This document shows positions 24,275 to 37,281 of a DNA stretch of 64,000 bases, in pieces. The translations under genes were made by a program, and so were the position numbers. The notes under the pieces are model-generated. The model was given only the letters and a program-made list of their open reading frames with translations. It was not told where the DNA came from and searched no databases. Source of the stretch: Leucoraja ocellata (Eukaryota); the NCBI GenBank assembly GCA_036785375.1, contig JAWMAR010000070.1, positions 4,650,001 through 4,714,000 of the forward strand, read 5' to 3'. The first letter of the stretch is position 1. Every line of letters begins with the position of its first letter.

Positions 24275-27200
24275 ATAGACCATTGAGTCATTGATTGATT
24301 GATTGATACTTTATTACCACATGTGACATGTCACGGTGATAATTGTTTTTGTTTTGCGTACCATAAACAAGGTATATAAAGAGTCACTATGTATAGGGCG
24401 TCAACAGTTACAAACTATTCATTACAGTCCCTATTGTTCCCCCTTTGTTCTCGGCTCCCCCACCCCCCCACTCCATGACCCCCTTTGTTCACACACCCCC
24501 ACCCCACGCCAGGTCCGCTATGTTCTCGGCAGCCCCGTACCTGGACCAGTGCTGTTTGTTGCCCCATCTTTGCGCCATGGTTGCATTGAGGTTTCGCTGC
24601 TGTAATCGACAAATCTAGTTACTTTGAAGAAGGGTCTCGACCTGAAATATCACCCATTCCTTCTCTTCAGGGATGCTGCCTGACCCGATAAGTTATTCCA
24701 GAACTTTGTCTCTTTTTTTTGCAAACCAGCTTCTGCAGTTCCTCATTTTTCCACTCCCTTCCTTGGTCCCAATGATCAGCAATTGTCATAAAATTACTGA
24801 ATCTGGGCCAGCTTTGCAAATAGCAGCCATTTTGCTCAATGCATTGAATGATGCCGTCTCCTTCCTCACCCCCATCCCCAACATAGACTGAGAGGTGTTA
24901 TGTTACAGTGCAAACATCTTCTCTCTACAACTCAAGGTTGTGAGTTCAAATCTCATCACAGCACCTGAGCAGGTAACCCACCTGAACACTTCAGTGCAGA
25001 ACGAGTGAGTGTGTCGATCTACAAGGCACCTCCTGCATCGCAGGAGACATAGAAAAAAAGGAAACAAAAGTTGGAGATGGCAAATATTGTATATTGAAGA
25101 TGATGAATGTGTTCTTGCGCAGAGAATGTTTCTGCTTCCAGAGATCATGTTGAATATTGAGATTAATAAGACACAATAAAGCTTTTTTTTTCTCTTCACG
25201 TGATGATTTTTGACTCGAGAGTCAAGTGTGTTTCATTGTCATATGTCCCAAAATAGAACAATAACATTCTCACTTGTAGCAGCACAACAGGTTTGTAAAC
25301 ACAGTTTCGGAGTCAGTCTCAGTTTAGTCTATTGTCACGTGTACCGAAGTACAGTGAAAAGCTTTTGTTACGTGCTAACCAGTCAGCAGAAAGACAATAC
25401 ATGCTTACACTTGAGCCATTACAGTGTATAGATACATGATAAGGGAATAACGTTTAGTGCTAGGTTAAGCCAGCAATTGCTCAATGGATAAAATAACAAG
25501 CAAACAAAACAATAAGTTCAACAAATAAAAATAAATAGTGCCTATTGGGATCCATATTCAAACCACTCCAAAAGCCCTGGGTTATGAGCTGCATGACAGG
25601 GTGAACTATGAAGAGGATATAGAGAGTCATTGTGGAATGCAGTTGGGTTAACTGAATGCACGAGGATGTGGGAAATGCAGCATATGAGACACGAGGGGAA
25701 GAAAGCAGAAATGCTGAACCGTTTTATAAACGGCAAGGGATTGAAATGTCTTCATGTTTAGTTTAGAGATACAGCGTGGAAACAGGCCCTTCGGCCCACC
25801 GAGTCTGCACCACCAGCAATTAACACTACCCCACACACACTGGTGACAATTTACAATTGACGTTGAGGAAAGGAGTAAACCGGAGATCTCTAAAAAAAAA
25901 CCCATGTGGTCACGGTGAGTACGTACAAACTCTATATAGACTGTACCCGTAGTCGGGATCAAACATGGGTCTCTGGTGCTGTAGATGTTGTAAGGCAGCA
26001 ACTCCACCGCTGTGCCACCGTGCTGTGGAGCAGAAGGGCCCAGATATTCCAGGACATGAATCATTGAAAGTTGACCAACAGTGCAACTTTTAGGAAGGCA
26101 AACGGCATGTGGGTAATTGTTGCAAGAAATTTGAATGCAAGCATAGTGACACTTTGGTTCAATGCTATATAGGGTTCTGTTGAGACTGCGTCTGGAATGT
26201 TTTGTTGATCTGGTCTTTATACATAATGATGGATATACTTGCAAAGGAGAGAATGCAGCCAAGATTCAACAGAGCTGCTGCCTCACAGCACCAGAGGCCC
26301 AGTTTCAAAACTGACTATAGGTTCTGTCTGTGAAGAGTTTGCACATCCTCCCGGTGACTGTGTGGGTTTTCTCTGGGTCCTCTGGTTTCCTCCCTCATTC
26401 CAAAGATCTGCAGTTTTGTAGGTTGTTTGGCTTCTATAAATTCTCCCAAGTGTGTAAGATATGAATGTGGGATCACATAGAACTAGTACAAAGGGGCTGG
26501 ATGGTCAGCATAGTGGGCCAAAGAGCCGGTTTCAACACTGTATTTAAACTAAACTAAAAATTCAGCAGTCTATATTCTGAAGAAGAAGGGTCTTGACCCG
26601 AAACATCACCTATTCCTTATCGCCAGAGATGCTGCCTGACCAGCTGAGTTACACCAGCTTTTTGTGGATAATCTTATGGAAGCAGGTACAGGAGATGCCG
26701 CTGCTAGTGCATCTGTCTCACAGCTCCAGTCGTCTGGGTTCAATTCTGAACTTCATTGCTCTCTGTGTGGAGTTTGCATGTTCTCTCTGTGATAGCATAG
26801 TTATCCTCTGGATTCTCCAGTTTCCTCCCATACTCCAGAGCATACTAGGTGGTAGAATAACTGGCAACTGTAACATGCAAGAGAATAGGCAAAGGGATGT
26901 AGGATGGGGACAAATTAATGGGATAACTCCCAAAGCTGGTATGGAATCAATGGGCCTAATGGGCTCCATATATTAATAGGTTTTGATAGGGTAGCTGCTG
27001 GGATGAAGCTTCCCCTGTTTATAAGTGGCATCTGACTCAAAATATGAGGTCAGTCATTCAAGAATGGGACAAGAAGAAGCCTCTTTACAAGGAACATGGT
27101 GAATCCTCAAAGTTCTCTCACCAGGAGACCATCGAGCCTCAATCACAGTAAAAATCAATATTTTAATTAAAAACTATAGGAAACAAAGGATATAGAATCC

Positions 27201-29574
27201 ATTCACAAAAGTGGTGCTGTGTCAACCATGATGCCATTGAGTAGCGGAGAAAAATACTGAAGATGGACACAAAGTGTTGGAGTAACTTAGCGGGTCAGGC
27301 AGCATCTCTGGAGATAAAGGATAGGTGACATTTTAGGTCGAGACCCTTCTTGAGACTATACTCTTGCTTTATGTTGTGTTCAAACTATGAGCACTGCATG
27401 GTATGATTTTTGGCACAGTGCTGTTATCTTAGTTGAATGTTGTTTCGAACAATAAAGGGGAGTTAGATTAGATGCTCAGTTTTGTTAACAGCAATACAGA
27501 GAAGAAGCCCCCAGAGCCTACAAGTGGACAGCCATTTCTCCATCAGCCTGCGGCACAGTGGCCCAGTTGGTAGGGCTGCTGCCTCACATCGCCAGAGACC
27601 CGGCATCCATTAATCCCTCAGCTACTTTGTCAGACATGATTTCCCTCCCATAAATGCACCATGATCCTGTCCCAATTGCTTGCTGCGATCACATGCTATT
27701 AGCATATTGAAGGCGTCCAAAACACGTCTCCTCCCAGAGATCCTTACTCATTGAATTTGCCGAACCTAATGAGTATTGAACTCAGACACAATCATTTGAT
27801 GACCGCTATTAGTTCTTTGCTGATTGTGTGTCCAATCGTACACCTACTGTACCAGGGTCAAGACACAACTCCAAGTGATGCTTTCAAGTGGTTAGTAATC
27901 CTTATCGCCACACAGGCTAACTTTAAGGGCAGCAATCTGCCTTGAAATAGATTAAAGTGAGATATAATGATTTCATTATCTTCTTTGTCCATTATTAACA
28001 CTGTGAACGATTGTATACCAACCTCCCTTCCATTGACTCCATCAACAAGACACGCTGCCTTGGCAAGGCCACCAGCATAATCAGGGATGAGTCACACCCT
28101 GGACACTCCCTCTTGTCCCCTCTTCCATCAGCCAAGAGGTACAGAAATGTGAAAATGCATATCTCCAGATTCAGAGTCAGATCCTTCCCAGCTGTTATCA
28201 GGAAACTGAACCATCCTCTCACCGACTAGATAGCGGTCCTAACCTCCCACCCACCTTATTGGAGACAGCCAGACTATCTTTACCCGGTCTTTACTGGACT
28301 TTATCTTGCATTAAATGTTATTCACTTTATCCTGTATCTGTACACTGTGGATGGCTGTTTGTAATCATGCATAGGTAGGCAAAAACGAAGGAATATGTGA
28401 CGTTTCGGGTCTCGACCAGAAACGTTGCCTATTCCTTCGCTCCATAGATGCTGCCTCACCCGCAGAGTTTCTCCAGCATTTTTGTCTACCTTCGATTTTT
28501 CCAGCATCTGGAGTTCTTTCTTAAACAGTAATCATGCATCGTCTTTCTGTTGCAACAAACATCTTCTCACTGTACCTCGGTACACATGACGATAAACTAA
28601 ACTAAACTAAACTTGCCAACTGGACAGTGAATGACATCCTGGCCAAAGGTTTTGTGAAATGAGCAATAAGAGATTTTTTTAAACTTACAATGTTGTTGAG
28701 GTTTAGTCGGAAATCCAATCCCCTTCCCAACCAGTAAGGCTTGCTGGGGAAGTCGAACTTTTGGCAATTGTGGGTCAGGTTTGCATTGGGTTACTTAGCT
28801 GGTTGCGAGAATCAAACTTGGAATGAAGCAAAACCCATCAGGAACAGTGGTGCAGTGTTAGAGCTGCCGTCTCACAGCGCCAGAGACCTGGATTTGATCC
28901 TGGCATCATGCGCTGCCTGTGTGGAGTTTGCATGTTCTCACTGTGACAGTCGGGTTCTCTCCAGGTGGTCTGGTTTCCTCCTCCATCCCAAATATGTACA
29001 GGTTTGTAGGTTCATTAGCATCTGTAAATGTCCCCCAGTGTGTAGGATGTGAATATGGGATAACATTGGACTACAATGGTGTGGAATTGGTTGGCCCGAA
29101 GGGACTATTTCCATGCTGTATCTCCAAACAAAACTAAATCGCCCACCATTAACAAGCTCCAGGCATGAAACGAGACCTGCCCTGAGATCAAAGTCCCAGC
29201 CTGGATCACACCCATCAAAGTTCAGAACAAATCCCGTCCAAATCGGCATGACTTGCCCACCACAATCAGCCATTTCTGGTCAAAGGGTGACCAGCGAGGT
29301 GGGTGTGGGACTATGCTACCTGTCCTGAAGACCTCTGTAGCCAACATCCAGCATAGATATGGTGGTCCTCTCCCAACTACAGAACAAGATGGTTCCACAG
29401 GCGTTGGCACAATCCCTTCTGACTTTGTCCAGTTATCTGGACCTCGTAAGTTCATGCCATGGGAGTAGCATGGAGTCATAGCATAACTACATTCTATCAT
29501 GTGATTAAAATTCACTTTAGATTCATGCAATCATTTATAGCCAAGGGGAACTAGCTGGTTGTCAGCTATTGGCT

Positions 29575-29677
29575 TACTCTTGTTTCACATTCCGGTTCCT
29601 TGTTTCTTTCTTCATCATTTATATTGTAACATTTCTTCTCGATGGGCATTTATTTAGTTCTCTGGACTAAGAGCTGA
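29575..29677 (+). promoter_or_regulatory. Putative promoter of gene C, a diverged homolog of the gene A/B promoter
   Basis: TGTTTCAC..GGTTCCTTG..TTCTTCATCATT..GGACTAAGAGCTGA upstream of the leader exon. Confidence 0.5.
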
Positions 29678-29715
29678 ACAATAAACGTCCCAGCATGGGG
29701 TCTGCATCTAAAACG

Positions 29716-29752
29716 ATGTTGGTGCCAATTCTTCTCATTTGTTTCTTGCCCG
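29716..29752 (+). CDS. Gene C exon 1, signal peptide MLVPILLICFLP (upstream in-frame ATG at 29695 adds MGSASKT)
   Basis: Same length, phase and two-ATG layout as the A/B leaders; G|GTGAGT donor. Linkage to the V exon crosses the N gap. Confidence 0.8.
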
Positions 29753-31615
29753 GTGAGTAACATTCAGCATTGGACATTCTGATAATTAGTATTAGTTTGC
29801 ACGTTATACACTGTTGCCACTGCAGAGATGCAGTGTTATTAATGTGTAATGTTTTATGTAGCATTCCTATCTGTCACTGTATGCCATTTTGTCATTTGCG
29901 GGCGGAGCACCAAGGCCAATTCCTTGTATGTGAATACTTGGCCAATAGACATTCATTCATTCATTCAGATGGTTAAAAATGTGTCGCCACGTAAAGCTGC
30001 AAAATGTTCAGCACATAATAATATGACCAGTATTGGAATATAGTCATGTAAACACTCTCTCTCTGTAACATGGTACTACACAAATCATCACCAATGTATC
30101 CAATGTGTACTTCAAGTAGCCTTTGCTTTCCCTCTGTCTCCATCACCTCCCCCTTCTCGCCAGAGATGACGTCTGACCCGCTGCGTTACCCCAGCATTTA
30201 GTCGATCAAAGACACACGGCACTCCGTCCACGCACTGCAATGGGAAATGTTGAACCTAAACCTTAGCACATTCAAAGAAAATTCTGTGAAAGCCAGCCAT
30301 TGGGAACAGGCGTCATCTCAAATGAGGAAGCACCAGAGTGACTGTCCAATTTAGCATTTGGAGAAGTAGTGGTAATCTCTCCCTTCTAAGAAAAACCAGC
30401 TGCCTTACAACAGACTCTGCTGCTCGAGCTGTTCTTCACACTGTGCTTTCCCCAGCCTCTGAGTTCTCCTTCAAGGCATTTGTCTTGTGGCTTGTGAGCC
30501 GACCTGGACTGATATGATGATGTGTCTCCACCCCAGCTCCTGAATCTGCAGAGTTTCACATGTGTTAGAGTCATAGAGTGATACAGTCTGGAAACAGGCC
30601 CTTCAGCCCTTCTTACCCACACCGGCCAACATGTCTCAGCAACACTAGTCCCACCTGTCCACGTTTGGTCCATGTACCTTCAAACCTGTCCTATCCATGT
30701 ACCTGTCTAACTGCTTCTTAGATTATGGGATAGTCCCTGCCTCAACTACCTCCTCTGGCAGCTTGTTCCATACACCCACCAGCCTTTGTGTGAAAAAGAC
30801 ACCTCATTATTATTCCAGGTGGACGTGGAGTTTGAAACATCAGTGGCAGATCCAGTTTCCACCACAGGCCGGGAAGTTTAGTTCAATGGGGCACAAAGTG
30901 CTGCCGTAACTCAGTAGGTCAGGCAGTATGTCATGGTCTTGACTTGAAACGTCACCTATCCATGTTCTCCACAGATGCTGCCTGACCTGCTGAGTCACCA
31001 CTGGTACCACAGGCAGCTGGCTATTCAGCTTTAGTAATGACCAAAGTGCTGGAGTAAGTCAGCAGGTCAGGCAGCATCTCTGGAGAACATGGATAGGTGA
31101 CGTTTTGGGTTGAGACCTGAATAAGGGGTAGGCCAGATGAGGAAAACTCTTTTCACCCAGAGTTGTGAATCTGTAGAATTCTCTGCCACAGAGGGCAGTG
31201 GAGGCCAATTCAAGAGAGAGTTCAAGAGAGAGTTAGATACAGCTCTTAGGGCTAATGGAATCATGGGGTATGGGGAGCAAACAGATCTGGCCGCCATTGC
31301 TGTCTGGTCGCTGAAAACCAACGCAGAATCACTCCCTGACCCTGGATCTGGAGTAACACCCTGGAGTAACTCTTGCTTCTGGTTTCCTGGTCCTCCACAA
31401 ATATTCTAAATGGAATTTAAACTGGAGGTGGTGGAGGGCTGAACAATAACAGCCTATTGTATTGTATTGTGTATATATATATGGTCTATGGTATATAAGG
31501 ACACTGAACTTTTATCTCCTGTTCTGTAATATGTTTACATATTCTCTTGTGCTGCAGCAAGCAAGAATTTAATTGTCCTATCTGGGACACATGACAATAA
31601 AACTCTCTTGACTCT

Positions 31616-32586
31616 AGTACACAAAAATGCTGGAGAAAGTCAGCAGGTGCAGCAGCATCTATGGAGCGAAGGAAATAGGCAACGTTTCGGGCCAAAACCC
31701 TTCTTCAGACTGATGGGGGGTGGGGGGGGGGGGGGGGGGGGGGGCAGGGAGAAGAAAGGAAAAAGGAGGTGGAGCCCGAGGGCTGAGGGAGAGCTGGGAA
31801 GGGGAGGAGACAGCAAGGGCTAACGGAATTGTGAGAATTCAATGTTCATGCAATGGAGGAGGCCCAGGACAGAGACGTCAGATACGGAATGGGAGGGGGA
31901 GTTGAAGTGCTGAGCCCGTTCCCTCCGTAACTCCCTTGTTAATTCTTCCCTTCCCTCCTGCACCACCCCCTCCCCAGGCACTTTCCCATGCAACCGCAAG
32001 AGATGCTACACTTGTCGCTTTACCTCCCCCCTTGACTCCATTCAAGGAGCCACGCAGTCGTTCCAGGTGCGACAGAGGTTCACCTGCATCTATTGCATCC
32101 GCTGCTCTAGATGCCAGCTGATCTACATCGGTGAGACCAAGCGTAGGCTTGGCGATCGTTTCGCCGAACACCTCCGCTCGGTCTGCATTAACCAACCTGA
32201 CCTCCATGTGGCTCAGCACTTCAACTCCCCCTCCCATTCCGTATCCACCCTCTTTGTCCTGGGCCTCCTCCATGGCCAGAGTGAGCACCACCAGAAATTG
32301 GAGGAACAGCACCTCATATTCCGCTTGGGGAGTCTGCATCCTGGTGGCATGAACATTGAATTCTCACAATTCTGTTAGCCCTTGCTGTCTCCTCCCCTTC
32401 CCAGCTCTCCCTCAGCCCTCTGCTTCTCCTCCTCCTAACCCTAACCCCCCACCAGTCTGAAGAAGGGTTTTGGCCCGAAACATTGCCTATTTCCTTCGCT
32501 CCATAGATGCTGCTGCAAACCGCTGAGTTTCTCCAGCACATTTGTGTACCTGGGATTTTCCAGCATCTGCAGTTCCTTCTTAAACA
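31616..32586. mobile_element. Fold-back Penelope-like insertion: inverted 3' end plus GIY-YIG endonuclease fragment
   Basis: ORF 32067-32378 IYCIRCSRCQLIYIGETKRRLGDRFAEH is GIY-YIG-like; 12-bp duplication TCTCTTGACTCT at 31604-31615 and 32587-32598. Confidence 0.8.
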
Positions 32587-33045
32587 TCTCTTGACTCTTG
32601 ACTTGGACGCAAGCATGAAAGGGTTCTTGGGGAAAAAAGAGGTACCTTAAATTTAGTTGCGTCTGTTTGGGTAACTATGGTAGGGTGAAGACTATTCCAT
32701 GCTTTAATTGTGCGGGGTTACTCCATGGAGCAGCCAGCAACTCTGGATAGAAGAAATTGGGTGACGTTTCGGGTAGAGACCCTTCTTTACCCTCCCTCTG
32801 GTTTTAGTGTTTTTAGTTTAATTTAAAGATACAGCGTGGAAACAGGCCCTTCGGCCCACCGAGTCCACGCCGACCACCGATCACCTGTACACTAGTTCTA
32901 TCCCACACATTAGCGGAGTAAGTCAAGAGTCAAGAGTGTTTTGTTCACTCACGTCCCAGTTAGAACAATGAAATCCTTACTAGCAGCAGTACAACAGAAT
33001 ATGTAAACATAGTACTCTGTAAACAATGTTATAAACGAGAAAACA

Positions 33046-33273
33046 NNNNNNNNNNNNNNNNNNNNNNNNNNNNNNNNNNNNNNNNNNNNNNNNNNNNNNN
33101 NNNNNNNNNNNNNNNNNNNNNNNNNNNNNNNNNNNNNNNNNNNNNNNNNNNNNNNNNNNNNNNNNNNNNNNNNNNNNNNNNNNNNNNNNNNNNNNNNNNN
33201 NNNNNNNNNNNNNNNNNNNNNNNNNNNNNNNNNNNNNNNNNNNNNNNNNNNNNNNNNNNNNNNNNNNNNNNNN
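33046..33273. other. Assembly gap (228 N) in intron 1 of gene C
   Basis: Run of N. Confidence 1.
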
Positions 33274-33412
33274 ACGTATCTCCTCAAAAACCTGACACAA
33301 AAAAGCGGAGATTTTTACAATTTCCGTAGCGATTTATCTTAGGAGTTCAGAAATCCATTCCTTGGTCAATTATTTCCCCAGATTTTGAATAAATCTCTCT
33401 CCCCACCCCTCT

Positions 33413-33448
<36 letters not shown>

Positions 33449-33902
33449 CCACCTCTCTCTCCTTCTCTCCCCCACCTCTCTCTCTCTTCCCACATCTCCA
33501 CCCCTCACCCCGTCCTCCCCCCTTCTCCCTTCCCCCTTCCCTGTACCCCCCTCCTTCCCTGCCACTCCATCTGCCTCTCCTCCTCCCTCCCTCTTCCCCC
33601 CTTCTCTCTCTGCCATCACTCTCTCCCCCCCCCCCCCCCCCCCTTCATCTCTAGACGCGCCTGCGAGTTGGGGGCTTTGCGTCAGTAGATAGGGCGGTTG
33701 TGGGGTAAAAGGAGCAAATGAATAATATTAATATATTGACAAGGGGGGGTTAGTTAGCGTGTGTGCGAGGGGGTAGTTAGTATGTGTGTGGGGGTGGTTA
33801 ATGTGTGTGACGCCGCATGCCACCCCCCCCCCCCCCCCCCCACCTCTCCCCTCGCAACCGCACGCTGGGGGTACATACACAACGGGTCTCCACTTGGTCT
33901 AG
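33274..33902 (+). mobile_element. Possible non-autonomous Helitron-like element 3' part with an internal polypyrimidine/(CT)n tract
   Basis: Ends ..CACTTGGTCTAG|T; the 5' end is lost in the gap; the subterminal hairpin is weak. Confidence 0.35.
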
Positions 33903-34927
33903 TTACGCTTCAAATTCTCAAATTGACAAGAGGTCCGGTTTGTTTAAAATTTAGCCGTTTATTTTGTTAGTTCACTAATCCTCGTGGGTAGAATGTTGGT
34001 CAACAGCGCTCCTGCAATGAGTAATCATTTACTTCTCATTTTGTGTTGCCTCTGTTGTGCTTTTGTCTAATTCAGCAAGGCCCAACCTTAACCCTGATGC
34101 TGTTGTGAAACTGATTGTGAGTTAGAGGGGATCCCTATCCAGAATCCCATATAGTTACTTGGACGTATTTTCCCACTCGGTCATTAAAGCGAGCCATTTA
34201 GTTGGTAGCTATAGTGAGGTAATTTGCTGAATATTGTACTCTGTGGTCTCCTTCCATTCACAACTGCTGGATCTTCTGGGAAGTCACCAGCCGACACTAA
34301 GGCCGGGAGATGCCGCTCCCAGCAGCGCGACGAGCGATAGAAACGCCGGCAATGCTGAGGGGCAGAGACAATGTTGGTTTGGAAGATAGACACAATATAC
34401 TGGGGTAACTCAGATGGTCAGACAGCATCTATGGAACTAAGGGATAGGTGCTGTTTCGAGATCTAGACTCTTCTACAGAGTCGGGGGAAATGGAAGAGGT
34501 ATAGACGGTTGTGTAGAGAGATATAGAACAAATAAATGAAAGATATGTAAACAAGTAACAATGGTAAAAGAAACAGGCCATTGCTGTGCGGTAAGTGAGA
34601 ACTAGTTACAGACAATGAGATTCAACAAGAAGCTGGTGCAACTTGAGTGGGGGAGGGATGGACAGAGGGGGGGATATAAGGTTTACTTGATATCAATATT
34701 CATACCATTGAGGTGTAATTTGCCGACGGGAAATATGAGATGTTGTTTCCTACCACTAGGTTGGAGATGGCAGAGACGTTTCCAATTGAAACGAGGGCAA
34801 GTCCATTCAGTGATGGATGATCTGGTCCAGTGTTAGTGTGGAGGTGAATGTTGTCCAACACACCCCTCATCATTCCGAATATTCAGCTGATTTTTCCTGT
34901 TCATTTTCAGAAGATTTGACCTCTCAG

Positions 34928-35248
34928 TTTCAGGTGCGGTGTGGGGGAAGGAACATGTAAGAGGAGTTGTGGGAAGAGCGATCACAATCGATTGTCACTA
35001 TGAAGCAAAGTACCGCTCACACACAAAATACTGGTGTCAAGGGTGGACCCGCCATTGTAGAGTTTTATTGGAAACAAATGGGCAACACGGACGGAATGGA
35101 AGAGTGTCAATCACCGATAACCCGGCACGAGGAATATTTACCGTGTCTGTGGAGGATCTTCGCTCTGGAGATACTGGATGGTACAACTGTGGAATTACTA
35201 CAACTGGCTACGATCCATTGTTTAACATTTATCTCCAAGTATCTGACG
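34928..35248 (+). CDS. Gene C exon 2, CD300/pIgR-like Ig V domain
   Basis: CTCTCAG acceptor; AITIDC..KYWCQGWTRHC..DTGWYNCG; donor GACG|GTACGT. Confidence 0.93.
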
Positions 35249-36080
35249 GTACGTTTCGCAGCGATTGACTTGACGTCTCCACTGAAATGCCTGATCCATG
35301 TTTTCTCCGGGAAGGGTCAGGGCAGCACCGATATCCCGAGGCTCCGCAGCAGTGCAGAGACCTGCGGGGAGCGGGTGGGGGGTCGGGAAACCCCACTCAT
35401 GTTGCTCTCACCCAGTGCCGGCTCTGTCCCGCTCAGCACATTTCCCTGTCTCTGAACTGTATGAAATGTCACCCTGTCAGAGGTTTGCATTCCCACTAAA
35501 ACTAATAATCCGACAGATCAGGTAGAAACAAGTGGTCTGGTCTGAATACCTGGAGAATCATAAACAGGGAATCAGTCCCGTGAGTTCAACAGACTGCATT
35601 CAATACTCCCGGGGCAGGCCAGCCCGCACCCCGCCCCCACCTCAGGGACCATACACCCTCTCCCCACCCAGCGGTCTCTCTCCCTCTATCCGGTCAATGC
35701 GCCCCCACCCCCAGCAGCCACTCACCACTGACCACCCACCGCCCGGCAGCCAGCCAGCCTCTGCACCCGGCCCAATCTCGGTGGAAATTTGAGTAAAGCA
35801 ATCCTAATCAAACCTTTCAGGAAACTCCCGGCGACCTCCAGCTTCCCCGAGTTTCTGCGATTCTCAGACTGACAATATCTCTCGCTGTCTCCACCCCGAT
35901 ATCAGCATCAGTGGGTGCCCTTCCTGTTGCAGGTCACTTAATCCAAGCACAACTATAGCCTCTCTGTATAGCCACCGAACATTGGACAGGTGTACGGCAC
36001 GTGAACAAAACCATAAGTGCTGGAAGAACTTAGTGGGTCAGGTAGCATCTGTGGAGGCAATGGACAAAACCAACTCGAGT

Positions 36081-36108
36081 CTGAAGAAGGGTTTCGGCCC
36101 GAAACGTC
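36081..36108 (+). ncRNA. Minimal type I hammerhead ribozyme core in a Penelope-derived repeat (representative copy)
   Basis: CUGAAGA-A-GGGU(UUCG)GCCC-GAAACGUC: conserved core boxes, stem II with a UUCG loop, palindromic ACGU and a GUC triplet. Stem I is short. Confidence 0.6.
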
Positions 36109-36972
36109 GCCTATTTCCTTCGCTCCATAGATGCTGCTGCACCCGCTGAGTTTCTCCAGCATTTTTGTGTACCTTCGATCTTCCAGCATCTGCAGTTCCT
36201 TCTTGAACACTCGAGTCGTGACCCTCCTTCAGACAGACGGAATGAGGGAGGAGAAAACTGGAATTGAGAGATGGGAACGGCACCAAGCCTGGCGAGGGAT
36301 AGATAGATAGATATATACAGATGAGAGGGTTGATCAACAGACGGGTGGAGTGATATAAGTGAGGAGGAGACCAGATAAGGAGAGGAGGAACAGTGAAATG
36401 TGAAGCAGGTTTGAGGGAGGGATGGAGGGATGGAATTGACCGCGTGGAGGGGAACGGGGCGGTATACAAAGGAAACGGGGAACTCGGTGGGAGATGTGAC
36501 GAGTTTATGAATGTACAGAAGCGGGGATGGTGGAAGGGTGGCTGGGATGGGGTGGAAGTTTCATGGGGGGGAGGGACGGTAGTGAGGCATTAATTGAAAT
36601 CCGCGAATACAAATGTTCATACCGTTGCGTTGGCCGATTGTTAAGGGGAATATGAGTTGCTGTTTCTGTTTCAAAATAGTTTTGGCAATGGATGGACCTA
36701 AACAGGACAGAAAGGGGTGAACGGGAAGGTGACGTAAACGATTAGCAACCAGCATCCCCAGGCTCGCTCGTGGCAAGTGTTCAGCGAACCGGTCTCCAAG
36801 CCTCCGTTTGGGCTGGCCGATGTCAAGGTCGAGGTCATATTGCTAGCACCGAAGGCAGGAGACGAGGTTCGCGTGTACCTCTTCACAAGTCGAGGTACAA
36901 GGGTGCCAGAATGGGAGAGTCGTTTATATTCAGGTGTTGACTTTGTATCCATTATTTGCTCCTTTCCCACAG

Positions 36973-37281
36973 AACCTGTGTCTGTTCCTGTGCTTGGATT
37001 ACTATCACCAGCCAATGTCCCAGGTGTCAGAGGCTCAGTGACAGTGTCCTGTAGGTCTGAGCGGGGATCTCTTCCCATTAGCTACACCTGGTATGAAAAT
37101 ACCTTAAAGATATCAAATAACAACAACCTGGATCTACGTTGTCAATACTTCAAACAACAAAGCCATCAATATTACTGCAAAGCCTCAAATAATAACGGGA
37201 CAGAGTCCAGTGAAATGGTCACTGTGGCAGTGTCCAACACCGGAGAGAATTGCAGTTATATAGTGCATTTCGGTAACAATG
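36973..37281 (+). CDS. Gene C exon 3, second Ig domain (C2/I-type, FcR-like/PECAM-like)
   Basis: CCCACAG acceptor; EPVSVPVL..VTVSCRSERGSLPISYTWY..YYCKASN; G|GTAAGT donor; phase 1/1. Confidence 0.88.

Noticed and set aside
25648-26262. 204-aa minus-strand ORF
   Set aside because: It runs through SINE and LINE remnants and has no domain or splice support. The same applies to most short ORFs in the track.
5732-35248. V exons as rearranging Ig/TCR/IgNAR V segments
   Set aside because: Each V exon encodes the complete domain through the G strand and ends in a splice donor. There is no adjacent heptamer-spacer-nonamer, and the KYWC-x6-C signature is CD300/pIgR-type.
36777-36972. N-terminal extension of the 208-aa ORF as coding sequence
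   Set aside because: It lies upstream of the splice acceptor and is partly an antisense Penelope-like remnant.
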